NCBI GenBank assembly: GCA_965112155.1
Contig: OZ218103.1
DNA length: 64,000 bases
Origin: Podarcis liolepis
Lineage: Eukaryota
Reading direction: 5' to 3' (one strand)
Shown: piece by piece, positions 13,014-22,967 of the stretch
Numbering within the stretch: position 1 is the stretch's first letter
Layout: each line of letters begins with the position of its first letter
Made by a program: the position numbers and the translations under genes
Notes under the pieces: generated by a model
Seen by the model: only the letters and a program-made list of their open reading frames with translations
Told to the model about the DNA's origin: nothing
Database searches by the model: none

Positions 13014-14453
13014 TTGTTCATTAACTATGTACCATATAAAGAAGCAATGTCCTGGAACTCCTGTCAACCAGTTTCATTAGATAAGCGCAAGTTATGCTAT
13101 TATTAGCAAGAAAAACTTCTCTTTGTCTCCTTCTTCACACAGTGTATAATTTTATAAACCTCCCACCATATACCGCATTGCCAGTGACAAAATGACTATC
13201 ATGGAGGGCATGTCATAACACAAAATTTGAGTGCAGCCACTGTGAAGCTTTTCCCACAATTGTATGGGAAAAGGCTTTGGGAAAATGTTCCTTGGCTTCT
13301 TAGCGTAAGACTAAAGGTAAACATTATATTAATCCTTTTTAGCATTTTCCTCCAAAAATAATGTCAATAGCAAGCATAGCCACACTGTATCAAAAAAACT
13401 AAACTCTGTCTTCACACATTTACAGCAATTGTATCAAATAGAAAACTGGTCTTCAGAGTGCACTTCCATGTGTGGTTGTGCATACACACATTGATTTTGG
13501 TCGTTTTGTAAATCTGAAAAATGATGTCCAGAGTGTTACAATGGGTATGCCTGAGTGGTATTATGCTTATGAAAGTTCCCTCAGATTCAAAGGTGATCGG
13601 GGTGCAAAACTAGTTGTACAGTTCTTTGGAACCTGGTCTGTTTATAATACGTTGTATGTTAAGCTTCTTGCTTGTAACGATAGTACAGTATTTGTCTTTT
13701 GGTTGTACTCCATTCTTCTCAATGCAGAGCACATTTTTCTGAGATGTTCTGAGCTATCACTGCAAGTAATTGGCCCCTCTGCTTTATAGTGAACACTGGT
13801 AGCTGTGTTCCCTTCATCTCTAGTAAATATTAATGTCAGGCTGCTTAGTATTAGTTTATGACTATAGTACTCATTCAAAAACAGCCCTGTATTTTGAAAT
13901 GGAGACTTAAAGACCAATGTATAGTTTTTTCTTTATTTATTCTCTGTAAGGCCACATTGAACTGTATTCCTGTAAAATGATCCATTTGTAAATAAGATTC
14001 TTTAAAACAAAACAATTCCTCGTGCTTCTGATGTGAAAGTGGAGGGTGGTCAGTCCTGAGTTCATTGATCAGTCTTCATGGTTTAATGGCCTTGCAGATC
14101 TCAGTTTAGCTTCTTCCCAGCACAGTAATAATGGGGGGGGGGGGCGACGACACTACATTAATGGTGAGAAGTACAGTCTAACAGCAAAGTTCATGTTAAT
14201 AAAGGAGGTTATTTGAGCAGCTGGAATGAAGACTGGAATGAAGAATGACTTCTGCCTCACCAACACAATGTATGGAGACATTCAAGGAATGTAGGGGCAG
14301 TAGTTGTGGTCTGCAATCCACTGCCTAATGCTTGCCAAAGACACTGTTCTACCAGCCACTGCCAAAAAAGAGGAAATGCAATGTCAAAAAGGGAGAGCAG
14401 ATTTACAGATGCTAATTTCTATGAATAAAAGCAAATTTAGAAATAATTACTGC

Positions 14454-14589
14454 CAGTGCTATTTTTCTAGAAAAAGAGGTGCTGGAACTCACCATTAAAG
14501 CCTCCTTTATTTTCTTATAATGGCAATGGTGCCCACCTGAGAGGTGCCGGGACTGAGTTCCAGTGAGTTCTGGCTGGGAAAAAGCCCTG
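14454..14589. mobile_element. Small hAT MITE
   Basis: Ends cagtgctattttt / aaaaaagccctg with 8-bp TSD attactgc/attacggc. A related copy lies at 57099-57223. Confidence 0.8.
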
Positions 14590-15413
14590 ATTACGGCAAT
14601 TTAAATAGAAATTCAGTACATCTCACCACAGTGCAGAAGAGTGTGACCATGACATATGTGCCAGTCAGCTGTCCTGGTAATAACCACTGAGTGGGCAACC
14701 TTGAGAACCCTGCTCTCTCTTCTTTGACAACACTACCCTTCACATGGAGAACTGTCCTTCATCAAGTAAGACACACAGCCACCCTACAACTGAGCCAGAG
14801 CAAGGAGCAGTCATGACACTGTATGGACACCATGACCGCTGGAAAAGCACCTCATCCCAAAAAACCACTACTTCTCCACAGCCTAGTAGAGCAAATGTCA
14901 GAATTGCAGGAGGGCCCAGCGCCAATGCTGCCTTATTGCCATTGCAACTAATGTGGCTCAGCTGGATGTTGAGCCGAGTTTTGAATCTGTTCAGCGAACG
15001 AAGTGGCTGGCACTGCCCCTAACATATACATGTCAGAGCATCATTCATGAAGTGATGCTAGCCAGTGTCTCAAATGGGACCAGAGCAATTCTTGTTTCCA
15101 GGGCCAGCCCAAGACCACTTGGCACAAAATGGTGCCCTCCTCCCTGGCAGGAAAGAAGTGGTGAGTGCACATCTATGTCAGGAACAAGGGGGTAATAAAG
15201 ATCTGCATTCGGACCCGCTACCCCTGTGGATCCAGCTGCCCAAGTTGGTCGCCTCACCTTGCCTCATGGCTGGGCTGCCCCTTCTGGGTTCAGGCGGCTG
15301 CGCCTCCATCCCTGCTGGGCAGTTGGCCAGCCCACACGCACAGAGCAGCTCCAGAATTCCACTCGATTCCTCAGCCACCATCACTAACAAGCCACATGTC
15401 ACTTGGCCGGGAC

Positions 15414-15747
15414 TGAGGCGTTCTCAAAGTAAAGGAAGGATTGAACTCTGATTAATAAGAATACACACAGAGGCTTGAACCAGCAAGAATCTGGGAAGGG
15501 TGCGTATAATAATCTCTCTCTCTCCACCCCAAGGCTATCCCAAGGCTTGCGGATAGCTTCCTGAAGCCTGGAGAGCGAGAGGGGTCGGTGCACACCGACC
15601 CCTCTCGCTCTCCAGGCTTCATCGAAAGCCTGCATTCGCCCCATAGGACGCACACACATTTCCCCTTCATTTTTGGAGGGGGAAAAGTACATCCTATAGG
15701 GCGAAAAATACGGTAATTCCTCATAGCAATCCCACCTGATCACTACA
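15414..15747 (-). mobile_element. Internally deleted solo LTR (same family as 42762-43432) containing half of a Tc2-like MITE
   Basis: TG...CA ends and 6-bp TSD cgggac/tgggac. Both ends match the reverse complement of the ends of 42762-43432. About 15531-15713 matches one half of the MITE at 29661-30111. Confidence 0.8.
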
Positions 15748-17164
15748 TGGGACCATCCCACAGCAGGAGCCAGGCTGACTCCCAAGACCTTACGCTTGTT
15801 GAGCTGTTGAAGAAGAGACACAGCTCCCTGCCCCCCACCAGCAACCAATCCATTCAGTTGCTACTCTTTTGTTTAAGGGGAGGAAGATGGTGTTTGAAAA
15901 TTTAATTGGGGGAGATAAAGGAGTTTGGAAGGGGAGAGAAGACAGTTATTCATAGGACTTTTCTACCTGTCATTTCTATTAAAGTGCATTGCAGCTTTTG
16001 CGGTAATGATGTGTTCAGAGCATCCAGCTTGAGGGCGAATACGACTTAACCAAACATGCTGTGGTGGTGTACTCCTTCACTTACATCTCCACGAAACCAC
16101 CTATCTCAGGGGTTGTCCACCTGGTCCCTCCCGGCCACCAGTGGGCGTTTCAGGATTCTAGGTGGGTGGTAGGGGGTTCTATGGCACAAGCTGAATCCTC
16201 CTTCCATCAAGCCCTGGGGGGCGGCAAGGAAATTTTACCATCAAGAAAGATGCATTAGTGGGCGGTAGGTATAAAGAGGTTAACTACCCCTGGCCTTTAT
16301 GCTGAATGTGCATAAAGTGAGCAACAAGTGTAGATTAACTGAGATTATCCAACAATGTTTTAAAATATTCTTAAATAAGTAGTTATAGTCAGTTTGCAAA
16401 TAAAGCCTACTGTAGTTCCAGGTGGAATGGAGCAGAATGTTGTAAAGTAAAACTATAGAGAAATTGGGGAAATTACCTTCAGTGTGTACTGTTATTTATT
16501 TGTTTGTTTGTTTATATCCCACCTTTCTCACAGTGCAGGGCTCACAGCACACAATAAACAAAAATAATTAAATAAGTAACCCTATTAAAAACATCACTGA
16601 AAACCTTTCCTATTTATTTATTTATTTATTCCTTATTAAATCTATTTGTATCTTACTTTTCCAACCAAATGTATGGACCTAAGGCTATAATCCTAAACAT
16701 GCTTACTAAGGAGTAGATCTCATTAAGATCAATTGGACTTCTGAGTAAATATGCTTAAACATACAGTAAAAACTGCAAGTTGTCAAAACAAAGATATGTG
16801 CCATTAAAAGAACACTAGTATTTAAAACATTCTTTTTAAAACACATATAGAAAACAGCAAAAAGCCAAATCCTTGATCCCCAAAGGCTTGAAGGTGGCCT
16901 AAGCACTGCTTATGACCGAGCAGGCCTGCTTCTTGTGGCTACTAGCTTCATCACAGCCAGAGAAGCAGGCATGAGTTTTATTTATTATTATTTATATATT
17001 TTTATACACCATCCTTCATTTGAGGATCACAGGGCGGCTTACAATATAAAAACACAAAAATACATACCGTGGTAACAAACAAAAACAATTCCCTGTCACA
17101 CACAGCTTAAAAGGCCATAGTTTGCTTAATTAGCCAAATGCCTCAGCAAAACTAAGAAAAGTTC

Positions 17165-17728
17165 AAAATAAAAAAAATCCTTCCAGTAGCACCTTAAAGA
17201 CCAACTAAGTTAGTTCTTGGTATGAGCTTTCGTGTGCATGCACACTTCTTCAGATACACTGAAACAGAAGTTGCCAGATCCTTCTATATAGTGAGAAGGT
17301 GGGGAGGGGTATTACTCAGAAGGGTGGTGGGAATGGGAGATTGGCAGATAGCTGAGATGAGCCTGTTGACGACTCTTAACGACTGCAATAGGTCTTACAG
17401 GAAAAGGCAAGGGGTGAGAAGGTGAAAAATGACTTAGTCATGTATAATGAGATCAGTCATGTATAATGAGTAATACCGCTCCCCACCTTAATGAGATAAG
17501 AGATGAGATATTAGTCATGTATAATGAGATAAGTCATGTATAATGAGTAATACCCCTCCCCACCTTCTCACTATATAGAAGGATCTGGCAACTTCTGTTT
17601 CAGTGTATCTGAACAAGTGTGCATGCACACAAAAGCTCATACCAAGAACTAACTTAGTTGGTCTTTAAGGTGCTACTGGAAGGAATTTCTTATTTTGACT
17701 ATGGCAGACCAACACGGCTACCTATCTG
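17165..17728. mobile_element. Penelope-like retroelement remnant with inverted pseudo-LTR arrangement
   Basis: About 150-bp inverted arms. One arm carries an extra tail gactatggcagaccaacacggctacctatctg. 12-bp TSD taagaaaagttc/taaggaaagttc. Same family as 50241-50463. Confidence 0.85.
17220..17257 (-). ncRNA. Minimal type-I hammerhead ribozyme motif, intact core
   Basis: Minus strand reads GUAU-CUGAAGA-A-GUGUG(CAUG)CACAC-GAAA-GC-UC-AUAC: 4-bp stem I, stem II, conserved CUGANGA and GAAA boxes, palindromic AGCU in place of stem III. Confidence 0.75.
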
Positions 17729-17779
17729 TAAGGAAAGTTCGACACCTTTGGCCCCAAAGAAGAATAATTTCCCTTTTTG

Positions 17780-18620
17780 AAAGACGGGAGTCGTGTTTTC
17801 CGGGGAGCCCTTCTCTCAGTCCCAGGAGCCTGAGCCTCTCGCTCAGCGCGGCCCCTCGGGCTCTCCTGGGGGGGACGAAGACGCCACCGGAGTCCGAAAG
17901 CTCCCTCCTCCGCGCCTCCTTTGCACTGACTGGGGCTCCCCCCTCACGCGTCTCTTCTTCCTGACCCGCCTCGAGCCCCCGACTTCCTGGCGCAGCCAAC
18001 CAATGAGGAGCCCGAGGGGCGGTGATGGACAGGCTTGGCGCCCTCTCTCAGGCCCTGCCCGGCCTCCCTTGGCCGCCTGCCCCGCCATCGGGCTACCGTC
18101 ACGCCACTCGGCCGCTCGGCCCCGAGCGAGGCCTCTGATTGGGCCAGGGAGGCGGGGTTTGGAGTCGGGGGCGGGGCCTGGGCGGGGCCAAGCCCGGCTT
18201 CTGGCGGCTCGTCCCGCGGCGCTCGCCTCCAGCCTCCAGTCGCCGCCGCCGCCGCTCGCCATGCAGAAGGTGGCCGTTGTCACCGGCGCCAGCAGGTAAG
18301 GAGGGAGGGGCGGCCCGGGGACCCGCCCGGCAGCGGCGCGGAGGAGCCGGGCTCGGAAGGGGAGGCTCGGCGGCGCCGAGAAGGAAGGAGCGGCCGGAGT
18401 GCGGGGAGCTCGGCGGAGCGCGGCGCTGGGACGGGGCGGGCGCGGGAGCCTGGCGGGGACGCCGGGCGAGGGGTCCGGCGGGCGTCAAAGCCACCCGAGG
18501 CGCAGAACTGCAGAGCTGTCTGCTGGAAGGGACCACGAGGGTCATCTAGTCCTGCCCGGCAGGAATCCTTCCCCGCGCGGGACTCGAAGGGCGAAGAGTC
18601 TCGTGCTCTCCTAACTGAGC
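17780..18620 (+). promoter_or_regulatory. HSD17B7: CpG island and HSD17B7 promoter with SRE, CCAAT and GC boxes
   Basis: Very high GC and CpG content. CCAAT 18000-18004, SRE-like GTCACGCCAC 18098-18107, ATTGG 18138-18142, GC boxes 18168-18177 and 18179-18188, all upstream of ATG 18261. Confidence 0.85.
18261..18295 (+). CDS. HSD17B7: 3-keto-steroid reductase / 17-beta-hydroxysteroid dehydrogenase 7, coding exon 1
   Basis: gccATG Kozak context. MQKVAVVTGAS(S), donor ag|gtaagg. First half of the SDR TGxxxGxG motif. Confidence 0.96.
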
Positions 18621-21196
18621 TCCTCGGGGGCAGAGGCTGCAGCCCATTTCGAAGCCCCCTCCAAGCTCGCTCTTTCCCTGGGAACTGTTAGCTCTGCAAG
18701 GGGCAAAGAGCAGCGCCCAGAATGATGTGCTTTAAATGTTGTGTGTGAACAGTTGTGACAACAGCAGTGAAGAGGGTGGATTTCATACCTTGGCTTTCTA
18801 GGAAAGTGTCAAATCTGTCTTGCAACATGTAGGGAAATATGTTTAATCTTACAGTACTGGTTGCTTTGTAGATTTGATAAAACATTGAGAGGCACTAATA
18901 GTGTCTGGAATCAAAGTTTATCACTGGATTTTAACACTATTGTAATGTGCTTTATATCTTGCTTCTTAGAGAACTTTTTTGTTTTGTTTTGAAGTCTCTG
19001 TACATTATTGAAAAGACAACAGCCAATATTTGTAAATCCATGGTGTGGCCATATTTGGAATGCCCAGTGCACTGCTGGTTATCCCACCTCAAAAGGTATT
19101 GTAGAGATAGCAAAGGTATGGGGAAACAACAACCAAGGGTGCAATCCTGTACATAGCCACCCAAAAGGAATAAGCTTCACTGAGTTCAGTGGGGTGTACT
19201 TTCAGGTAAGTGTGCACAGGATTGCAGCCTAAAACTAGAGTCCCAACTTCACTTCGCTGAGAGTGGAAGCCCCATTGAATTCAGTGGGGCATATGCTGGT
19301 GAAGGGGCTGAAGCGCCTGCGTTATGAGCATATGTAAAAGTGTTCTGGGGTTTTTAGTTTAGAATAAAGGGGGGGGGTGTCAGGATTTTAGAGATGCTTA
19401 GGTGGGTGCATGGCCAAAAAATGCTGGGAACCACTGCTCTAAAGAAAGCTTGAGCGGAAACTGAGTTGTTCTCAGTTTGCTGCTGGTTAACACAAAATGC
19501 CAAGCCAAAGCTCTGGTTTATTTCTTCCTGGCTGGGGATAAGAAGGGGGTGGGGGGTGGGGAGTGCACTTCAGCAGCATGCACCAGGATGCTGCTCATTC
19601 AAGATGAGCCACAGTTGGCTGTCTGGGTGGTGAATGATTAGAGTAAGAAGTAGTCCTCCAAGTGGAGCACTTGACTTGCCACTAGCCAAGCCACTGCAGC
19701 CTTGATTTGCAGTCCCCTCCAAGCCAGTCTGCTCTGCTGCCTTCTGCTCTTCACTTCAGCCACTGCCTCCGTTCCTTTCTTCACATTGAAGCAAGCGGTT
19801 ACTTTATTATAAGTCTGGGTTTGTATCAGCTAGACCAATATATTGCCCTGAGAAGATTTTGCATACTATTCCTATGGACATTTTCCTTCTCCTGGAAAAC
19901 TAGCCCCCAAAATGGTTCATCCCTGGAAGTTCAGTACAGCTGCTTTCGGATCACTGAAACTGTGTATTGTGAAACTGTGAGTTCCTGGGGTTCCTGCTCA
20001 GAGGGCTGCATAATCAATATCCAGGGCTCCCATTTGGCCTCTGCAAGGCTTCCCAAGTGTCCTTTGAATGCATGGCTTTCGTAGTTGTGTATCTCCATTT
20101 GAAAGCTTTCCAGGTTTCCCTTATGTACCTAGATAACTGATTCCTAGTTGATATCTTCTTGAGTGCAGTGCTAGATTTTTATTTTTGCCCCAGGTTATTC
20201 CCCCTCCCCCCAAAAAAGGCTAGTTTCGCCCTTGCTTGAGTGAACCATCCTCCTCCTTCAGTCCTTGCTTCTATGTCCTATGCCTTCCTCTCAGGTTTGA
20301 AATCACAGTCTTGGGGTCAAGTCCTTGTTCTTGCTTGAGGTGTTTCCTATTGGGGCTCCATCAGGGCAAACTTGTGTCTTCCTAGCGGATCTCCAGATAG
20401 CTTTAAATACTTATGAACTGAGTTTATATAGCCATTCCATGGTTTCTGTGACAAATTGTCACACTTACTTTCGGTAGGCTTTTGAGACTAGTTAGGGATT
20501 CTTTCACTCTTTAGATCATGGTTTCTGTGTAGGGCAGGATTTGCTGCCTGCTTAAATTGTAATTTTGCTGTCTGAAGCAGAATATATACATTATGTCATG
20601 TTCATTTCATGTAATAAACTAAACTTTATTCCCTCTGTGTGAAAACTGCTTGTGGGCATCAAATTAAGGATTAACACATATTCATAGCAAATGCGGTCAC
20701 AATTGTTGGCAGTGTGTGTATGAGTGCTTGTGAATGGTGAACTCAAATGTGGGTTCAGACACGTGTCATTGTCACAGTTCTACTCTCCCTCTTTCAGGGA
20801 GGGATTTGCAACCTTCTAGACTCAGATGGACCTCTGCTCCCTGCTAGTTTTAATAAGCCAAGAAGGGCAATCGTCAGAGACTTCTCAAATGTCCTGCTCG
20901 CTAATTGTGAAGGCACGTTATTTCATGTGGGGCTGTGCAAAATACCCAGAAGGAAGAGGAGAGACCCTTGAAACTGCAAAGTTCTTGGTTTTGTTCCGAA
21001 GGGAGTGTTTTCAGTTTGGATCTTGGAAAGTAGCATCATATTGGGCCACATGGCAGGCTGGTCATGTTGCACTTAACCGATCTGGGAGGTGTTGCTCTTT
21101 TGGTCGTCAAGGGAAGGGCTCCCTGAGACCGGGAGAAGCCTTCAGTTGTATGGAGTTGTGATGTCTGGCCCTGATCCTGTGCTCTTACTGTTGCAG

Positions 21197-21400
21197 TGGA
21201 ATTGGATCTGCGCTGTGTGAGCGTCTCCTCCAGGAAGATGCCAGCCTCCACGTGTGTTTGGCCTGCAGGAACCTGGAGAAGGCAAACGCCACCCGTAACC
21301 ACCTGTTGTCCTGCTTCCCCAGTGCAGATGTCAGCATAGTTCAAATAGATGTTAGCAAGATGGCCTCTGTCTTACACGCAGCGGAAGAGATCAAGGCAAG
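21197..21400 (+). CDS. HSD17B7: HSD17B7 exon 2
   Basis: tgcag| ... |gtatgt, 204 bp. [67 protein letters not shown](R). Confidence 0.97.
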
Positions 21401-22053
21401 GTATGTGGGGGGAGCAGGAATGGTTTGGTTAGGCTGCCTGTGCTGTGGCTGTTCTCCAGGGAGCTGCTTCCTTAACTCATCACCTTTCCAGGACTTGCTT
21501 TTCTTACTTGAACTGGACCTGTTCTGAGATGTGATTGCGTGATGTGTGATGGCCAAGAGAAGCGGTTTGCACAACTGGCAGAATCAAGTCTTCATTAAGC
21601 TATAGATGGGATGAAATTATATGCTGAAATGTTCTACTGTACTCTATGAAGAAACTCCTTGCTGGTAGAAAGTAAGTATCTCAGGGGAAATGTTTCATCA
21701 TAATCCCCTGGCATACTAGCTTTCTGTATGTAGGGAGGTTTCTGCCCCTCCTCCCCCAAATGGAAGAGCGTTCCAGCCTGCAGCCTAAAACAGTTTAGGG
21801 CAAGCTTGACCTCTTGATTATGAGAATTCGCCCCTAGTGTGCTTCCCCAGAAAGATTTGGTGTTGGACCAGACATTAGGGGGAGAAATTACTAACTTTTA
21901 TATAAACTACTTAGAGGTTTGGGATGATTGGTGTATGAATCCTATTAAAAAATAAATATATTTTAAATTCTGGGGTACTCCAGTTCTGCTTAATTGCTAT
22001 TTAATGCTTCTTTCCCATCCTTTCAATAACCACCTTTTTTTGTTTTGGTGTAG

Positions 22054-22146
22054 ATTTCATCGTTTGGATTATCTCTTTCTGAATGCTGGGATCATGGTAA
22101 ATCCACGTATCAGTTTATGGGCATTTATACGTGGCATCTTCTCCAG
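22054..22146 (+). CDS. HSD17B7: HSD17B7 exon 3
   Basis: gtag| ... |gtatgt, 93 bp. FHRLDYLFLNAGIMVNPRISLWAFIRGIFS(R), containing the NAG motif. Confidence 0.96.
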
Positions 22147-22914
22147 GTATGTTAGATATCTAACTGTTCCGTCGCTCGTCTTCATTTTCTGCCTGGCTTT
22201 GTGGATAGGAGGGGAGGACACGGAGTTACTTAGGCAGGGTTGTCCAGGGAAACAAACTGGACCTCACTCTTTATCCGGCCTCCACCCCACATGTTACAAA
22301 CCTAAAATTATGGAATGTGAACATTTCTCTTCTGAGACAGAATGCTGCAGTTTGTCAGTGAGCAAAATCTGACACAAGGCTGCCCTCTTAGCATTGCAAT
22401 TCCTTTCCTGCGTATAATACAGGAAGAAAATTAATAGGCTCTTATTAGAGGTTAAAAAAAGTGAAGCTTCCTCAGAGTGTGTGTATTTGTTTGTTTAGTT
22501 GCTTGTTACCCTTCACTGTTGCAGAGGTACATTGGATTATGTGACAGCACTGAGGAGTAAGCAAGGAATAAAACCAAACAAAGCCCTATTCTATCTGATT
22601 CTGCCTCTCAACCCTCCACCTCAAGGCCTCCACCTCCAATGTTCCTAATGTGAAACATATTAGAAGCCAAGTGCATCAGAAGCCATTTTGGCGTATAAGT
22701 GGTGTGTAAATTAATAATAAGAAAATTGCATAGTGAGTTCACACTGGTATTTAAGTTCGCTTATATATGTGTGTGTGTGTTCAGAAGTGTTGCCTTGTCA
22801 GCCTGCTGCTGCAAAAACAACAGACTCTTGTGACGTGTAAAGTCTAACAATCTCTCTTTCAAGGATTTGCATCCACTTTGTCAGATGTGTGAAGTTTTAT
22901 ATTCTGTTCAGGGA

Positions 22915-22918
<4 letters not shown>

Positions 22919-22960
<42 letters not shown>
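22919..22960 (+). repeat. (GA)n microsatellite
   Basis: About 21 uninterrupted GA units. Confidence 0.95.

Positions 22961-22967
<7 letters not shown>

Noticed and set aside
17433-17550. Short direct repeats superficially like a CRISPR array
   Set aside because: Vertebrate DNA, irregular spacing and no unique spacers. Explained as a retroelement junction.
17793-18691. Several 140-220-aa ORFs at the HSD17B7 5' end
   Set aside because: CpG-island artefacts. Only 18261-18295 fits the SDR protein and splice phase.
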